Shown: in pieces, positions 37,034 to 48,602 of the stretch
How positions within the stretch are numbered: position 1 is the stretch's first letter
How the letters are laid out: each line of letters opens with the position of its first letter
Source: Azolla caroliniana
Lineage: Eukaryota > Plantae > Polypodiophyta
Direction of reading: 5' to 3'
Assembly (NCBI GenBank): GCA_043228905.1
Contig: JBHGNT010000007.1
Location: forward strand, 18,042,001 to 18,106,000
DNA length: 64,000 nucleotides
Translations under genes and position numbers: made by a program
The notes under the pieces: model-generated
The model's input: the letters and a program-made list of their open reading frames with translations, nothing else
Told to the model about the DNA's origin: nothing
The model's database searches: none

Positions 37034-38745
37034 ATGTTCGGGTCGTTCGACAATACTTCGGTTGAAGAGCCGACGTAGTTGACCTCCTCATTCCGGTCAC
37101 TCTTCTGATCCACTCGTTGAGCCTTATCGTTTGTGGCCTTGAGTGCACAGCAATCGGCTTTGTTGTGTCTGGGTTTCTTGCAACAGTTGTAGACTCGATT
37201 ATCCAGGGATTTACTCCGACTTCGTTGGTTGTTCGGCCGTCGTGAAGAACCTCTTCCTCGGTTGTTCGATAAGGTCGGTCGAACCTTGTACTACATACAC
37301 GTTATTGGCCGAATCGTTTGCAAACGATTTCCGCCGAGCTGCTTCAGTCAGAATTGCGCTCGTGACTGAGGAGTTTTTAACGGTCGTAGTCGATGCGTTG
37401 TACACGGTTGTGATGAGAGTTTCTCACGAAAGGGGGAGACTACTCATAAGCAACATTGCTCTTAGTTCTTCCTCGATAGTCGTCCCCTGAGATGAAATTT
37501 GGGAGCGCAGACTTTCGTACTTGTTGAGATGTGCCTCGATCGAATCAAATTCTTTCATCCAAAGGTTATAGAGGCACCGTATCAAATATATCTTCGTGGT
37601 GGCGACCTTCTTTTCGTAAGTGTCCAAAAGTTTCTTCCATAGATGGAAGGCAATCGGACACGATTGCACCATAAAGTACACAGACTCTGATAGGTGCATC
37701 CGAATAGTGGCTCAGACAATTCTATCGAGCTTCTCCCATTGAAGGGGCTTGTATCCTTTTAGAGCATTTTCGTTTTCGATGGGGTTCGATTTGCCCCTTG
37801 ACTATAAATAGTCTTGTATCTACTCATTCCAGAAGTTGAAGTTCGATCTCTCGAACTTCCTTACACTCATCTCTGACGAGCCCGATGTTGATGCCATCTG
37901 TGTCTAATTTGGGAGGCTTTGTTCAAGGTTGGCTAAAAACAGTGGTTGGGTGCAGTAGACTGGCTCACCCAAATTTGTTCTAGCCCAGTTTGAACGCACG
38001 CCAAATCTGATTCGAAATTCGGGATACTCGATCCGAAGTGATTACGACTGACTAGCCTAGTCGAGTTAGACCCGAATATGTCGATTCGATTTCAAATGTT
38101 GATTTTTGAGATTTCCGAACACAAAGTATGTGCCGATTATCCAAGTTGATCCTGCTTCAAGTGACTGCGACAATGAGAAGAACAGATTCAGCTAATCTTT
38201 CCGAATGTTGTCTAGTCGAATGAAGCACGGAAGGGGGTTGTTCCTGGAGCCTAGACTACCATGAGAGATTATGATGATCGATTGACTAGCATCAAGTGAC
38301 CTACTCGATTGTTGTCTAATCCAAAGTAGTACGACTAAGGTAGAGCTTGTGAAGCGAAATCTCACTCTAAGCAGCTGCAATCACAGGAGTGAAGTGCAGT
38401 CGATTGGCTCACTTCAACGGTGTTTCTCTTTGCGAAAAAAAATCTTGTAGAGGGTTGCCAACCAAGATCTTCACGGTGTATAGAAGAAGAGTTGCTGATG
38501 GAGGTAAAGTAGACAGCGGCAGCAGAATTGAGAGAACCAAGCTCTAATACCAGATGTTGGGAACATTACCATATAAGTGTGGAACAAACTCAGCACTCTT
38601 CCGTAAGGAGATCGTTAACAGATGCAATGAAGAAGATTGATGGCAACTAGAGATAGAATCAAGCACTAAGATCAATCAATAATGCAAGAGAGAGAGAGAG
38701 ACGGCCACTTTCAACCACTTTCAACCACTTTCAACCCCCAATCTG
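37034..38745 (-). mobile_element. Copia fragment: partial LTR, PBS, leader, degraded gag (ATG ~37897)
   Basis: GCTCTAATACCA at 38541-38552; gag text TIRMHLSESVYFMV..LWKKLLDTYEKK..RAMLLMSSLP. Confidence 0.8.
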
Positions 38746-38900
38746 GAACTGTGAAGGTGAGCGATCGAAATCAATCCTCACCAAAATCGTGATGCAAAAT
38801 GATACCTATAGATGATGAAAATGATAATGAAGATGATGACGATGGTGTCTCTAGAAGAAACAATGACTATGACGACAATGTCTTTAAAACCAATGATGTT

Positions 38901-39053
38901 GATGACGGTAACTCTGGAAGCAAGGATGGTGAGAATGGTAACTCTAAAACCAAGGCAAGGATGGTGAGAATGGTAACTCTAAAACCAAGGCTGGTGACAA
39001 TGGTAACTCTAGAAGCAAGGATGGTGACAAAGGTAACTCTAGAAGCAAGGGTG
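38901..39053. repeat. ~30-bp tandem repeat, about 5 copies
   Basis: Unit GTGA(G/C)AATGGTAACTCTA(G/A)AA(G/A)CAAGGATG, in the leader of element E. Confidence 0.85.
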
Positions 39054-39518
39054 ATAACGAAGACGGGTGATGCTTCCAATTGGAAGGGATTCAAACTGTC
39101 ACAGACACACCAACCATGGACTCAGAAGGAGCACAGATGATGGGGCTACCAGCATGGAACTTAAGAAGTTGGGAACAACACAAGAGCATGAAGACCGAGA
39201 TGAAGAAGGAGACAAGATGGAATGAAATGAGAATACTAGATTAATGTGCCAATGACTAGTGTTGAATCCCTTAAAAGGGACCAAGGAGGTTACAAATATT
39301 TATAATGTGAGTTGAAGTACATGCATTAGAATATTCTGGAAAATATTCTAGAACCCTCTAGAACCCTCTAGTTCTAGAACTTTCTAGAGGTATGTGACTA
39401 GAGAGTATTTCTAGGTCAACTACAATATATACAATACATGCTCATATCAAATGGTTGAGCAGGATATCTGGTTAATGTGAGGTTGTAGGTTCAATCCTCA
39501 CCAACTATATATTTTATG

Positions 39519-40055
39519 TGACAGGAACTATGCGGAATAATCTTCGACCACAACCGAGACTTAGATCACTTAATGATAATCAAACATAGACGAAATGAGA
39601 AATGGAAGTAAGTACACAAACAGAAGAGAATGCATAGGATGTTAACGTGAAAAACCCTAAACGGGAAAAACCACGGGAGCCCATAGACTCCAAAATATCA
39701 CTATGTCAAGAGGAATACAACAGGTAGACATGGAGGCAGCGACCTCATCTTCACACTCTTCGCCTGGCGGCGGTTACAACAGAGACTTACAACCTCTCAA
39801 GAGTTTTCCCTAGGTCATATTTATACTAATATGACTTTCGGGCTATTTACAAATATAGCCTCAGTGGGCTCTCTGAAACATATTTACATATATGTCCCTT
39901 CATCCGGTGAGAGATTCTCACTGGGTCTTCCTTGCTAGGTACTCATCATCCGGTTCTCACCGGATCTTCCTTGTTGGGTACTCATCATCCGGTTCTCACC
40001 GGGTCTTCCGTTGCCGGGTACTCATATCCCATCCGGAGGGACTGAAATCCTAACA
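39519..40055 (-). repeat. Solo LTR of Tork-like family inside the LTR of element E
   Basis: TGACAGG...CCTAACA; flanks TTATG/TTATC (4/5 TSD); host LTR resumes exactly (TCATTGTATTGTGACA). Confidence 0.88.
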
Positions 40056-40592
40056 TTATCTCATTGTATTGTGACACATATGAACATGAACGTAATACAG
40101 AATCGAGGTATTGACCTCTTACGCATACAACACAAATTGCATATCAAATACATGGCAATGGAGGTATTGGCCTCATACGCATGTGCAACATGTGTACGCT
40201 TTATACAACTAAAGGATTACCGTGACAACATAATTGAATCATTGAAATGATTACATATTGACATAAACCGATCGTGTATCAAATACATAGCAATTGAGGT
40301 TTTGACTTGGTATGCATACGACACAAGCCACACATCAAATATATGTCAATTGAGGTATTGACCTCATGCACATATACGTTTTATACAACAAAACTATTAC
40401 CATTACAACATAATTGAGTGAATGAGATTATTACATATTGACATAAACATGATTAGAATGGGAGAAGAAAGAATAGAAAAAAGAAAGAAATATTGAAGTT
40501 CCTTTGTTGACGCGTTTCTGGATCACACTCGAATGAATATCAATTGATCACCATCAAGAAACAAAACACAAAAAAGAAACATTAGGAAAAAT

Positions 40593-41047
40593 GCTCTGAT
40601 ACCAACTATTACAACTTTATCCTAATGTAAGCAAAAGATAAGGAAATATAAGAATTTGATAGGACAATAGAGAAGAGAGAGAAAGACGGGTGCCGATCCA
40701 CCTTGAGTGAAGGGATCGAGACGGACTCGAGCCTCGATCAGCGTCTCATACCACCGTCGTGGCATCGAGTCATACCTGGTACTGGCGCTTGCTACAAGAG
40801 TTTATCACCACAAGATCAGAGTCTTGGCGTAGTCGATAATGTCTCAAATGAGGGTAGCTAGACCTCATAGCCAAACCTAAGGCCCTGAGGCAAGTTCATA
40901 CGTGGCTTTAATGGGTTATCTCAATCCCTAGGATTAAAAGTAATCCTCTCTTCTTTACACTCTCGGTTAACCCTCACATGTTATCCTCGTGTGTAGAATA
41001 CTACGGTACAACTTACCAAGGTCTATTATATGGCCATTCCCATAACA
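40593..41047 (-). mobile_element. 5' LTR (40607-41047) and iMet PBS of a chromovirus
   Basis: GCTCTGATACCA at 40593-40604; the LTR is a reverse-complement homolog of 54132-54581. Confidence 0.8.
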
Positions 41048-42209
41048 ATCTTCCTATACATGGTTGAGTCCTCTAACCTTGATCCAGAGTTTTTGCTTGG
41101 ATCTTCACGTTTTGCTTTGATACCAAGGGGTGGATATACCTTTGCAATCCACCATGTAGAAATTCTTCAACACCTTCATGATATATTGATATTGTGAGAG
41201 TCATACTCTATCCGCCAATAGGATGATCTGAATCCCTAGAAAGTAATGCAAGCATCATAGATCCTTCATCTTGAATTGTTCTTCAAGCATGTCCTTCACT
41301 TCCTCAATACGCTTCACCATATCTCTTCCTATTATGAGGTCGTCATCAATCTTCCTATACATGGTTGAGTCCTCTAACCTTGATCCAGAGTTTTTGCTTG
41401 GATCTTCACGTTTTGCTTTGATACCAAGGGGTGGATATACCTTTACAATCCACCATGCAGAAATTCTTCAACACCTTCATGATATATTGATATTGTGAGA
41501 GTCATACTCTATCCGCCAGTAGGATGATCTGAATCCCTAGAAAGTAATGCAAGCATCATAGATCCTTCATCTTGAATCGTTCTTCAAGCATGTCCTTCAC
41601 TTCCTCAATACGCTTCACCATATCTCTTCCTATTATGAGGTCGTCGACATATATTATCATGAATATGATATCTTATCAGGCTTACAAACATATAATGGAT
41701 GATCAAATCTAAACATTTGAAACCTGATATGCTAGTGTTCCATCAACTTATTGTACCAAGCTTTTGGAGCTTGCTTCAAGCATTAAAGTGCCTTCCACAA
41801 TCTACACTAGCCTCACATTGCCCTTTTTCTCATATCTTGGTGGTTGTTGCATACCGACTTCTTCCTCTAGTTCCCCTTAAAAGAATGCATTCTTCGCATC
41901 TATCTATTCTAGATGCCATCTCTTATTTGCCTCCAAGTTCAATATTGAGCTTATTGTTGCCATTTTTGTAATTAGTGCAAACGTGTATTTATAATCTATG
42001 TGTTGAGTTTGGGCATAACATTTCACCACGAGCAACGCTTTGTGTGGGCTTACTACTCAACCAACATCATGTTGATAGTGAATATCCACTTGTAGGATTT
42101 TTCTTTTCTACCACTTGGTAGGGGAACTAGATCCCATGTTTGCTTTTATTGCAAGGTGTCCATTTCTTCTTCCATGGCTTCTATCCATTACAATTTTCTG
42201 CTAGCAACA
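41048..42209 (-). pseudogene. Old Copia RT remnant including a 301-bp tandem duplication (41048-41345 / 41349-41646)
   Basis: YVDDLIIGRDMVKRIEEVKDMLEERFKMKDL on the minus strand; two near-identical adjacent copies. Confidence 0.75.
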
Positions 42210-42677
42210 TCGGGTCATTTGAAACAGGTAATATGTCGCATTTTAAGAACTGTCCATCAAAAAAAGGCACAAACTAGGTCGTTTCAGAAAAAGGGATACC
42301 ACATGCATAAAGGTTTTCGAAAATTGAATCAAAATATATTGATTTATACCATGTCCAAATATTTAGAACTTTCCAAAAATGCCTAAATCACATGAAACAT
42401 TCAAAAGAATGGCCAAAATTTACAAAAAGGCCACCACCTAGATATTTATACATATTCATGAATCACCAGCTTGATATTAAGTACAATATTTACATTTCAT
42501 ATATCAGAACTATCACTTCCCAAAGATATGCCTTCCCCTTCAGACCCATCTGATGAACCAGAGCTTTGTGCGGTCTCATCCTCATCCTCACTAGCAACCA
42601 ACAAATTGTCTTCATCCGATTGTAATCCAACATCACTGTGATTATGAGACATACTCCTTGTTCGTCTCTGTGTTGCG

Positions 42678-45600
42678 TGACGGGAACTGAACGCTCCTTA
42701 TACACAACGCTCGGCCACAACCGAGCTTAGAATGATACACAGAAAAACGGGAAATAAAACACGACAAAAAGAGGAGGAAGATACACAGGAGGTTTACGTG
42801 GAAAACCCCAAACTAGGGGAAAAACCATGGCAGCCCACAGGCTGCAAACTGTCACTATGTAAGAATGTACAACAGTGAGTTCACTGAGGCAACGACCTCG
42901 TGCTCACAGATCTTCGCCACAGGCGGCGGTTACAACAGAGGCAACGACCTCTTTCTCTCTGTCTCTCTCTATACACAGTTACGCGCTCTCGCTATGCTTT
43001 TTCAAACAAGAATGACAACAACTCTAACTAAAGTTTGCCCTAAGTCATATTTATACTAATATGACTTTTCGGCTATTTACAAATATAACCTCGGTGGACT
43101 ATCAGAAAACATATTTACCAATATGTCTCCTCATCCGGTTCTCCGTAGCCGGGTACTCCTCATCCGGTTCATACCGGGTCTGCACCATCCGGCTCTCCGT
43201 AGCCGGGTACTCCTCATCCGGTTCATACCGGGTCTGCACCATCCAGCTCTCTGTAGCCGGGTACTCCTCATCCGGTTCATACCGGGTTTGCACCATCCGG
43301 CTCTCCGTAGCCGGGTCCTCCTCATCCGGTTTCGGCCTCGGCCGAGTTTGTTCATCGGCATTGTTCTTATCCCTTCCCATCCAGAGGGACTTGTCTCCCA
43401 ACAAACTCCACCTTCACTCCGGCATGGGATGTCTTACCAGTCCGATCCTCTTCTGGCATGCATCCAGCTTGTCGAGTATCAACACTTTGGTCAGCATATC
43501 TGACCCGTTCTCGGTCGTGTGGATCTTCGTCAGCGCGAACTCCTGGTCATCTACTCTCTCCCGGATCCAGTGGTACCTCCGCTGGATATGCCTCGTCCGG
43601 GAATGGTAGGCCGCATTCTTAGCAAGGTGGATGGCACTTTGACTGTCGCAATAGAGTCGGTATTCCTCTTGCCGGATACCGAGCTCTCCGATGAAGTCCT
43701 TCATCCATAATATTTCCTTGCCGGCTTCCACAGCTGCCATGTACTCCGCCTCTGTGGTTGACAAAGCAACCGTCTTCTGCAGCCTCGACTGGCACGAAAC
43801 AGCTCCCCCTACATATGTCATTACATACCCGGATGTAGACCGGCTGGTATCCACATCAACCGACATGTCCGAATCGATGAAACCGTCCAGTTGAGGTTTT
43901 CCGGAGCCGAATCGGAGACACATATTTGAAGTGCCCTTCAAATACTGGAGTATCCATTTGACCGCGTTCCAGTGCTCCTTGCCGGGATTGCTCATAAACC
44001 GACTCACCACTCGGACTGCGTATCCTATATCCGGTCGGGTACACACCATAGCGTACATCAAGCTCCCGACGGCAGAGGCATATGGAATCTTCATCATATC
44101 CGTCTTCTCTGCTTTCTTCTTCGGGCTTTGCTTGCCGGATAGCCTGCAGTTTGCCGGAAGTGTCGATCCGACCGGTTTCGCTTCTGAAATGTTGAACCGG
44201 TGAAGCACCTTTGTCACGTACTTCTCCTGTGACAGCCATAGTTGCTTCGCTGACCGGTTCCGGATGATGTGCATCCCCAGCATCTGCCTCGCTGGACCCA
44301 AGTCTTTCATTGACAAGGTCCGGTTGAGAGCCTTCTTCAGCATCTGTATTTTGACTTGGTCCCGTCCGACGATCAACATGTCATCCACGTACAGAAGGAG
44401 TATCAGGAAGTCTCCTCCTTCGAACTTCTTCACAAACACGCAGTGATCTGCCTGCGTCTTGTGGTACCCTTAATCGGTCATGAAGGAGTCGAACTTCCGG
44501 TACCATTGTCGGGGAGCCTGCTTCAGTTCGTACAGGCTCTTCTTCAACCGGCATACCAGGTGATCCTTCCCTTTCTCCATGAAACCTTCCGATTGCTGCA
44601 TGTAGATCTCCTCTTCGAGGTCGCCGTGAAGGAATGTCGTCTTCACGTCCAGCTGCTCTACCTCGAGGTCCATGCTTGCTGCTATACTCAGCACCGTCCG
44701 GATGGAGGTCATCTTTACTACCGGGGCAAATATCTCGTCGAAGTCCACGCCCTTCTTCTGCTGGAACCCCTTCACCACGATCCTGGCTTTGTATCTCGGG
44801 GGGTTGCCGGCATCTCCCGGTTTCAACTTGTATACCCACTTGTTTCAGAGTGCCCGCTTTCCTTTCGACAACTCCACCAATTCGTACGTATGGTTCTCAT
44901 GTAGGGAATCCATCTCGTCCTGCATGGCACTTAACCATTTTCGGTTGTGGGTGTCATCCTCCGCTTCTTTGAAGCTTTCCAGCTCCCCCTCATCGGTCAG
45001 CAGAACATGCTCTACATCCGGAAATGTCCGGGGGGCCCTTCTCTCTCTGAGAGGATATCTCCGTCTTTGGGCTTCGGTAGCCGGTTCCTCCATTTGCTCT
45101 TCATCCGAATCCGATTCAGGGTCTTGGCCGGTTCCGGTCTCAGCTTCCTCTACTTCTTCTTCTGTCGGTTCGATATCCTCACCGTAACCGGTTGGTTCCT
45201 CGAGTGCTAACTGGTCTCTTTCCGGTTGGGTCTGCTCATCGTAGAGTCTATCCTTACCGGTCGACTCGGAGTTCATTATCTTCTTCTCCGACTCCCACTC
45301 AGCGAGCATCTTGTCCTCCATGAAGATAATATCTCGACTCTGGAATACCTTCTTGTCGACCGGGTCCCACACTCGGTAGCCGAACTCATTGTCACCGTAA
45401 CCGAGGAATATGCATGGCCGGGTCTTTGGATCTAGCTTTCCTCTCCGGTCCTTAGCTACATGCACGTACGCGAGACACCCGAACACCTTCAGATGCCGGT
45501 AGGATACTTCCTTACCGGTCCACACTCTCTGTGGCGTGTCTCCGTCCAAGGGTACTGAGGGTGATCTATTTATCACATATGTCGTCATCGACAACGCCTT

Positions 45601-48201
45601 AGCCCAAAACTTCTTGGGTAGCTTTGCATGCACTAGCATACTCCGGACCCTCTCCATTATGGTCCGGTTCATCCTCTCGGCCAGTCCGTTTAGTTCCGGC
45701 GTCTTCGGCACGGTAAATTCGAGCCGGATTCCCTTCGAGCGGCAATTCTCCTCGAACTGCCCCCGGCATTCTCCTCCGTTATCTGCTCGAACCGCCTTCA
45801 GCTTCCGGCCGGTTTCTCTTTCCACTCTCGCGTGGAGCTCTTTGAAGATGGATAACACCTGATCCTTCATCTTCAACGGTGTGGCCCACAACTTTCGGCT
45901 GTGTTCATTTATAAACGTCACGAAGTACTGCGCTCTGGCATGTGACTTCGTGTCTACTTGACACACATCCGTATGCACCAACTCCAGTGGTGCATTACGT
46001 CTCGTCGGTGGCCTTGGTCGGAAGGAGGTCCGGTTCTGCTTACCGGCCAGACAATCAGTGCACGTTCTTCACTGGAATGAGGTTGTCGTCTACAAGCCTC
46101 TTAATCCCCTTCTCGCTCATATGACACATCCTCTTGTGCCACAACTCACCGGCAGTTTCGGATGCCACGTTCAGTTCTTCCGGGCATAACCGTGCATTCA
46201 TCAGGTACAGTGTGTTGACCTTCCGGGCCCGAGCCACAATTAGGCTCCCTTTGCTGAACTTCATGACACCATTCCGGATGCTACCCATGTAGCCCTCATC
46301 ATCTAGCCGACCGACTAATATCAGGTTCAGTCGAACCTCCGAAATGTGTCATACATCCTTCAGCAGCAACTTGCATCCGGTTGGTGTCGACAGCCACACG
46401 TCTCCTATGCCGACAATTCGGCATGCACCTTCATTCCCCATCCGGACACAGCCGTGATCACCGGCTGAGTAGGATGAGAAGAATTTCCGGTCCGGGGTAA
46501 GATGGAACGATGCTCCGGAGTCTACCACCCAGGTCATCTTGTTGCCGGCAAGGTTTATCTCACACTCCTCGGTGATGAGCATCAACTCTTCTTCACTTGC
46601 CGCGATTGTCGTCGTTCCCTTCCGGTCCGGCCCCCTCCGGTCTTTACCGTTCCGGTCCGGGGTTTGCTTCGAATCGGTACCGTAAATTTTCTTGTCTTTA
46701 CGGAAATGCCGACAGTTCTTTTGGAAGTTTCCCGGCTTGCCGCAATACAAGCAAGTAGGCCTCCCCCTTGACTTTGACTGTGTCCCCGACTTCTCCCGGT
46801 TCTGGGGACTATGGTTTCTATGTCTTCCGCGTTCCAATTCGGTAAGTAGCGCTTTGGAGTCGGAGCTCGTATCTTTATCTTTCCGACGCGCCTCCTCATC
46901 TAGCAAGCTTGACTTTACTCTTACTAGGGATAACCGTTTTCCTTCCGGCCCGGCGTTGCCCAAAGTGACAACCAACATCTCCCAGCTATCCGGGAGGGAA
47001 CCAAGCAGGAGTAGCGCTAGTACCTCATCGGCGAAAGGTACTTCCAGTGACGTTGCCTAGTGTATCAGCCCCTGGAAAGCATTCATATGCTCCGCTATGC
47101 TGGAGCCATCTTGGTACCGGAGTCTTACTAGCTTCCGGAATACCGAGACCTGATTAACGACATTTTTGTTTTGAAACATTATGCCGATCTTCTCCCAGAG
47201 CTCATGAGCCTTGCTCTCTTCATTGAAGTTGTTGTACAGGCTCATGTCGATGAAGCACCGTATGTACGCCGTTGTCTTCATATGCATCACCTCCCATATC
47301 GCGGCGTCTATTTTGTCCGGTCTCTTGTCCCTGAACTGAACCGGCAGCCAGAGGTCTTTAACCACGAGCATGTCCCTCATCTTCGACTTCCACACTGAAT
47401 AGTTGGAGCCGGTGAGCTTGAACATGCCGCCAAATGATTCGTCCATTTTCTGTGTCGTTTCGCTCTGATACCACTTGACGGGAACTAAACGCTCCTTATG
47501 CACAACGCTCGGCCACAACCAAGCTTAGAATGATACACAGAAAAACAGGAAATAAAACACGACACAAAGAGGAGGAAGATACACAGGAGGTTTACGTGGA
47601 AAACCCCAAACTAGGGGAAAAACCACAGCAGCCCACAGGCTGCAAACTGTCACTATGTAAGAATGTACAATAGTGAGTTCACTGAGGCAACGACCTCGTG
47701 CTCACAGATCTTCGCCACAGGCGGTGGTTACAATAGAGGCAACGACCTCTTTCTCTCTGTCTCTCTCTATACACAGTTACGCACTCTCGCTATGCTTTTT
47801 CAAACAAGAATGACAACAACTCTAACTAAAGTTTGCCCTAAGTCATATTTATACTAATATGATTTTTCGGCTATTTACAAATATAGCCTTGGTGGACTAT
47901 CAGAAAACATATTTACCAATGTGTCTCTTCATCCGGTTCTCCGTAGCCAGGTACTCCTCATCCAGTTCATACCGGGTCTGCACCATCCGGCTCTCCGTAG
48001 CCGGGTACTCCTCATCTGGTTCATATCGGGTCTGCACCATCCGGCTCTCCGTAGCCGGGTACTCCTCATCCAGTTCATACCGGGTCTGCAGCATCCGGCT
48101 CTCCGTAGCCGGGTCCTCCTCATCCAGTTTCGGCCTTGGCCGAGTTTGTTCATTGGCACTGTTCTTATCCCTTCCCATCCGGAGGGACCTGTCTCCCAAC
48201 A
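42678..48201 (-). mobile_element. Full-length degenerate Copia (Tork-like, alternative gag)
   Basis: 726-bp LTRs at 42678-43403 and 47476-48201, TSD TTGCG, PBS reverse complement at 47462-47473, PPT at 43404-43416. gag-pol has stops; LTRs carry 54-bp tandem repeats. Confidence 0.96.
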
Positions 48202-48281
48202 TTGCGTTAGGAGGCACATCTAGGATCTTCTCTTTTATTAGCTTCATTGTAGTCTATCTTAGATGGCCTGTTTTAGTTAAG

Positions 48282-48602
48282 GAGAAGTCATACACTAGTA
48301 TGTCGACTTTATCAAGTGTTAGAGTAGACATGTTGGGTAGATTCTTTCTTCTTCGCTTTCTACTTGTGCATCTGACATACTTAACCATCTATAAAGAGTA
48401 CTTCCTAGTAAATGCATCTGGGTGAAGAGGTATGATACCAATGAGAAGTCATACACTAGTATGTCGACATTATCAAGTGTTAGAGTAGAAGTGTTGGGTA
48501 GATTCTTTCTTCTCCACTTTCTGCTTGTGCCTCTGACATACTTAACCATCTCTAAAGAGTACTTCCTAGTAAATGCATTTGGGGAAGAGGTATGATACCA
48601 AT
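48282..48602. repeat. 161-bp tandem duplication in transposase 3' coding region
   Basis: GAGAAGTCATACACTAGTATGTCGAC starts at 48282 and again at 48443. Confidence 0.9.

Larger units (their letters stand above)
24325..40076 (-). mobile_element. LTR element E with self-complementary PBS; interior almost entirely replaced by nested insertions
   Basis: Homologous LTRs at 24325-24744 (TGTCATG...CATGACA) and 39097-40076, the latter interrupted by a solo LTR. CATAT at 24320-24324 and 40077-40081 is a TSD. Confidence 0.85.

Noticed and set aside
42210-42480. Left terminus (TIR) of the putative Sola-like element
   Set aside because: No matching inverted sequence found on the right side, which is overwritten by a chromovirus remnant; the boundary cannot be supported.
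43102-43404. ORFs with 18-aa repeats (MVQTRYEPDEEYPATESR), also at 47.9, 57.3 and 62.1 kb
   Set aside because: Translations of the 54-bp LTR tandem repeat; open in several frames only because the unit is a multiple of 3.
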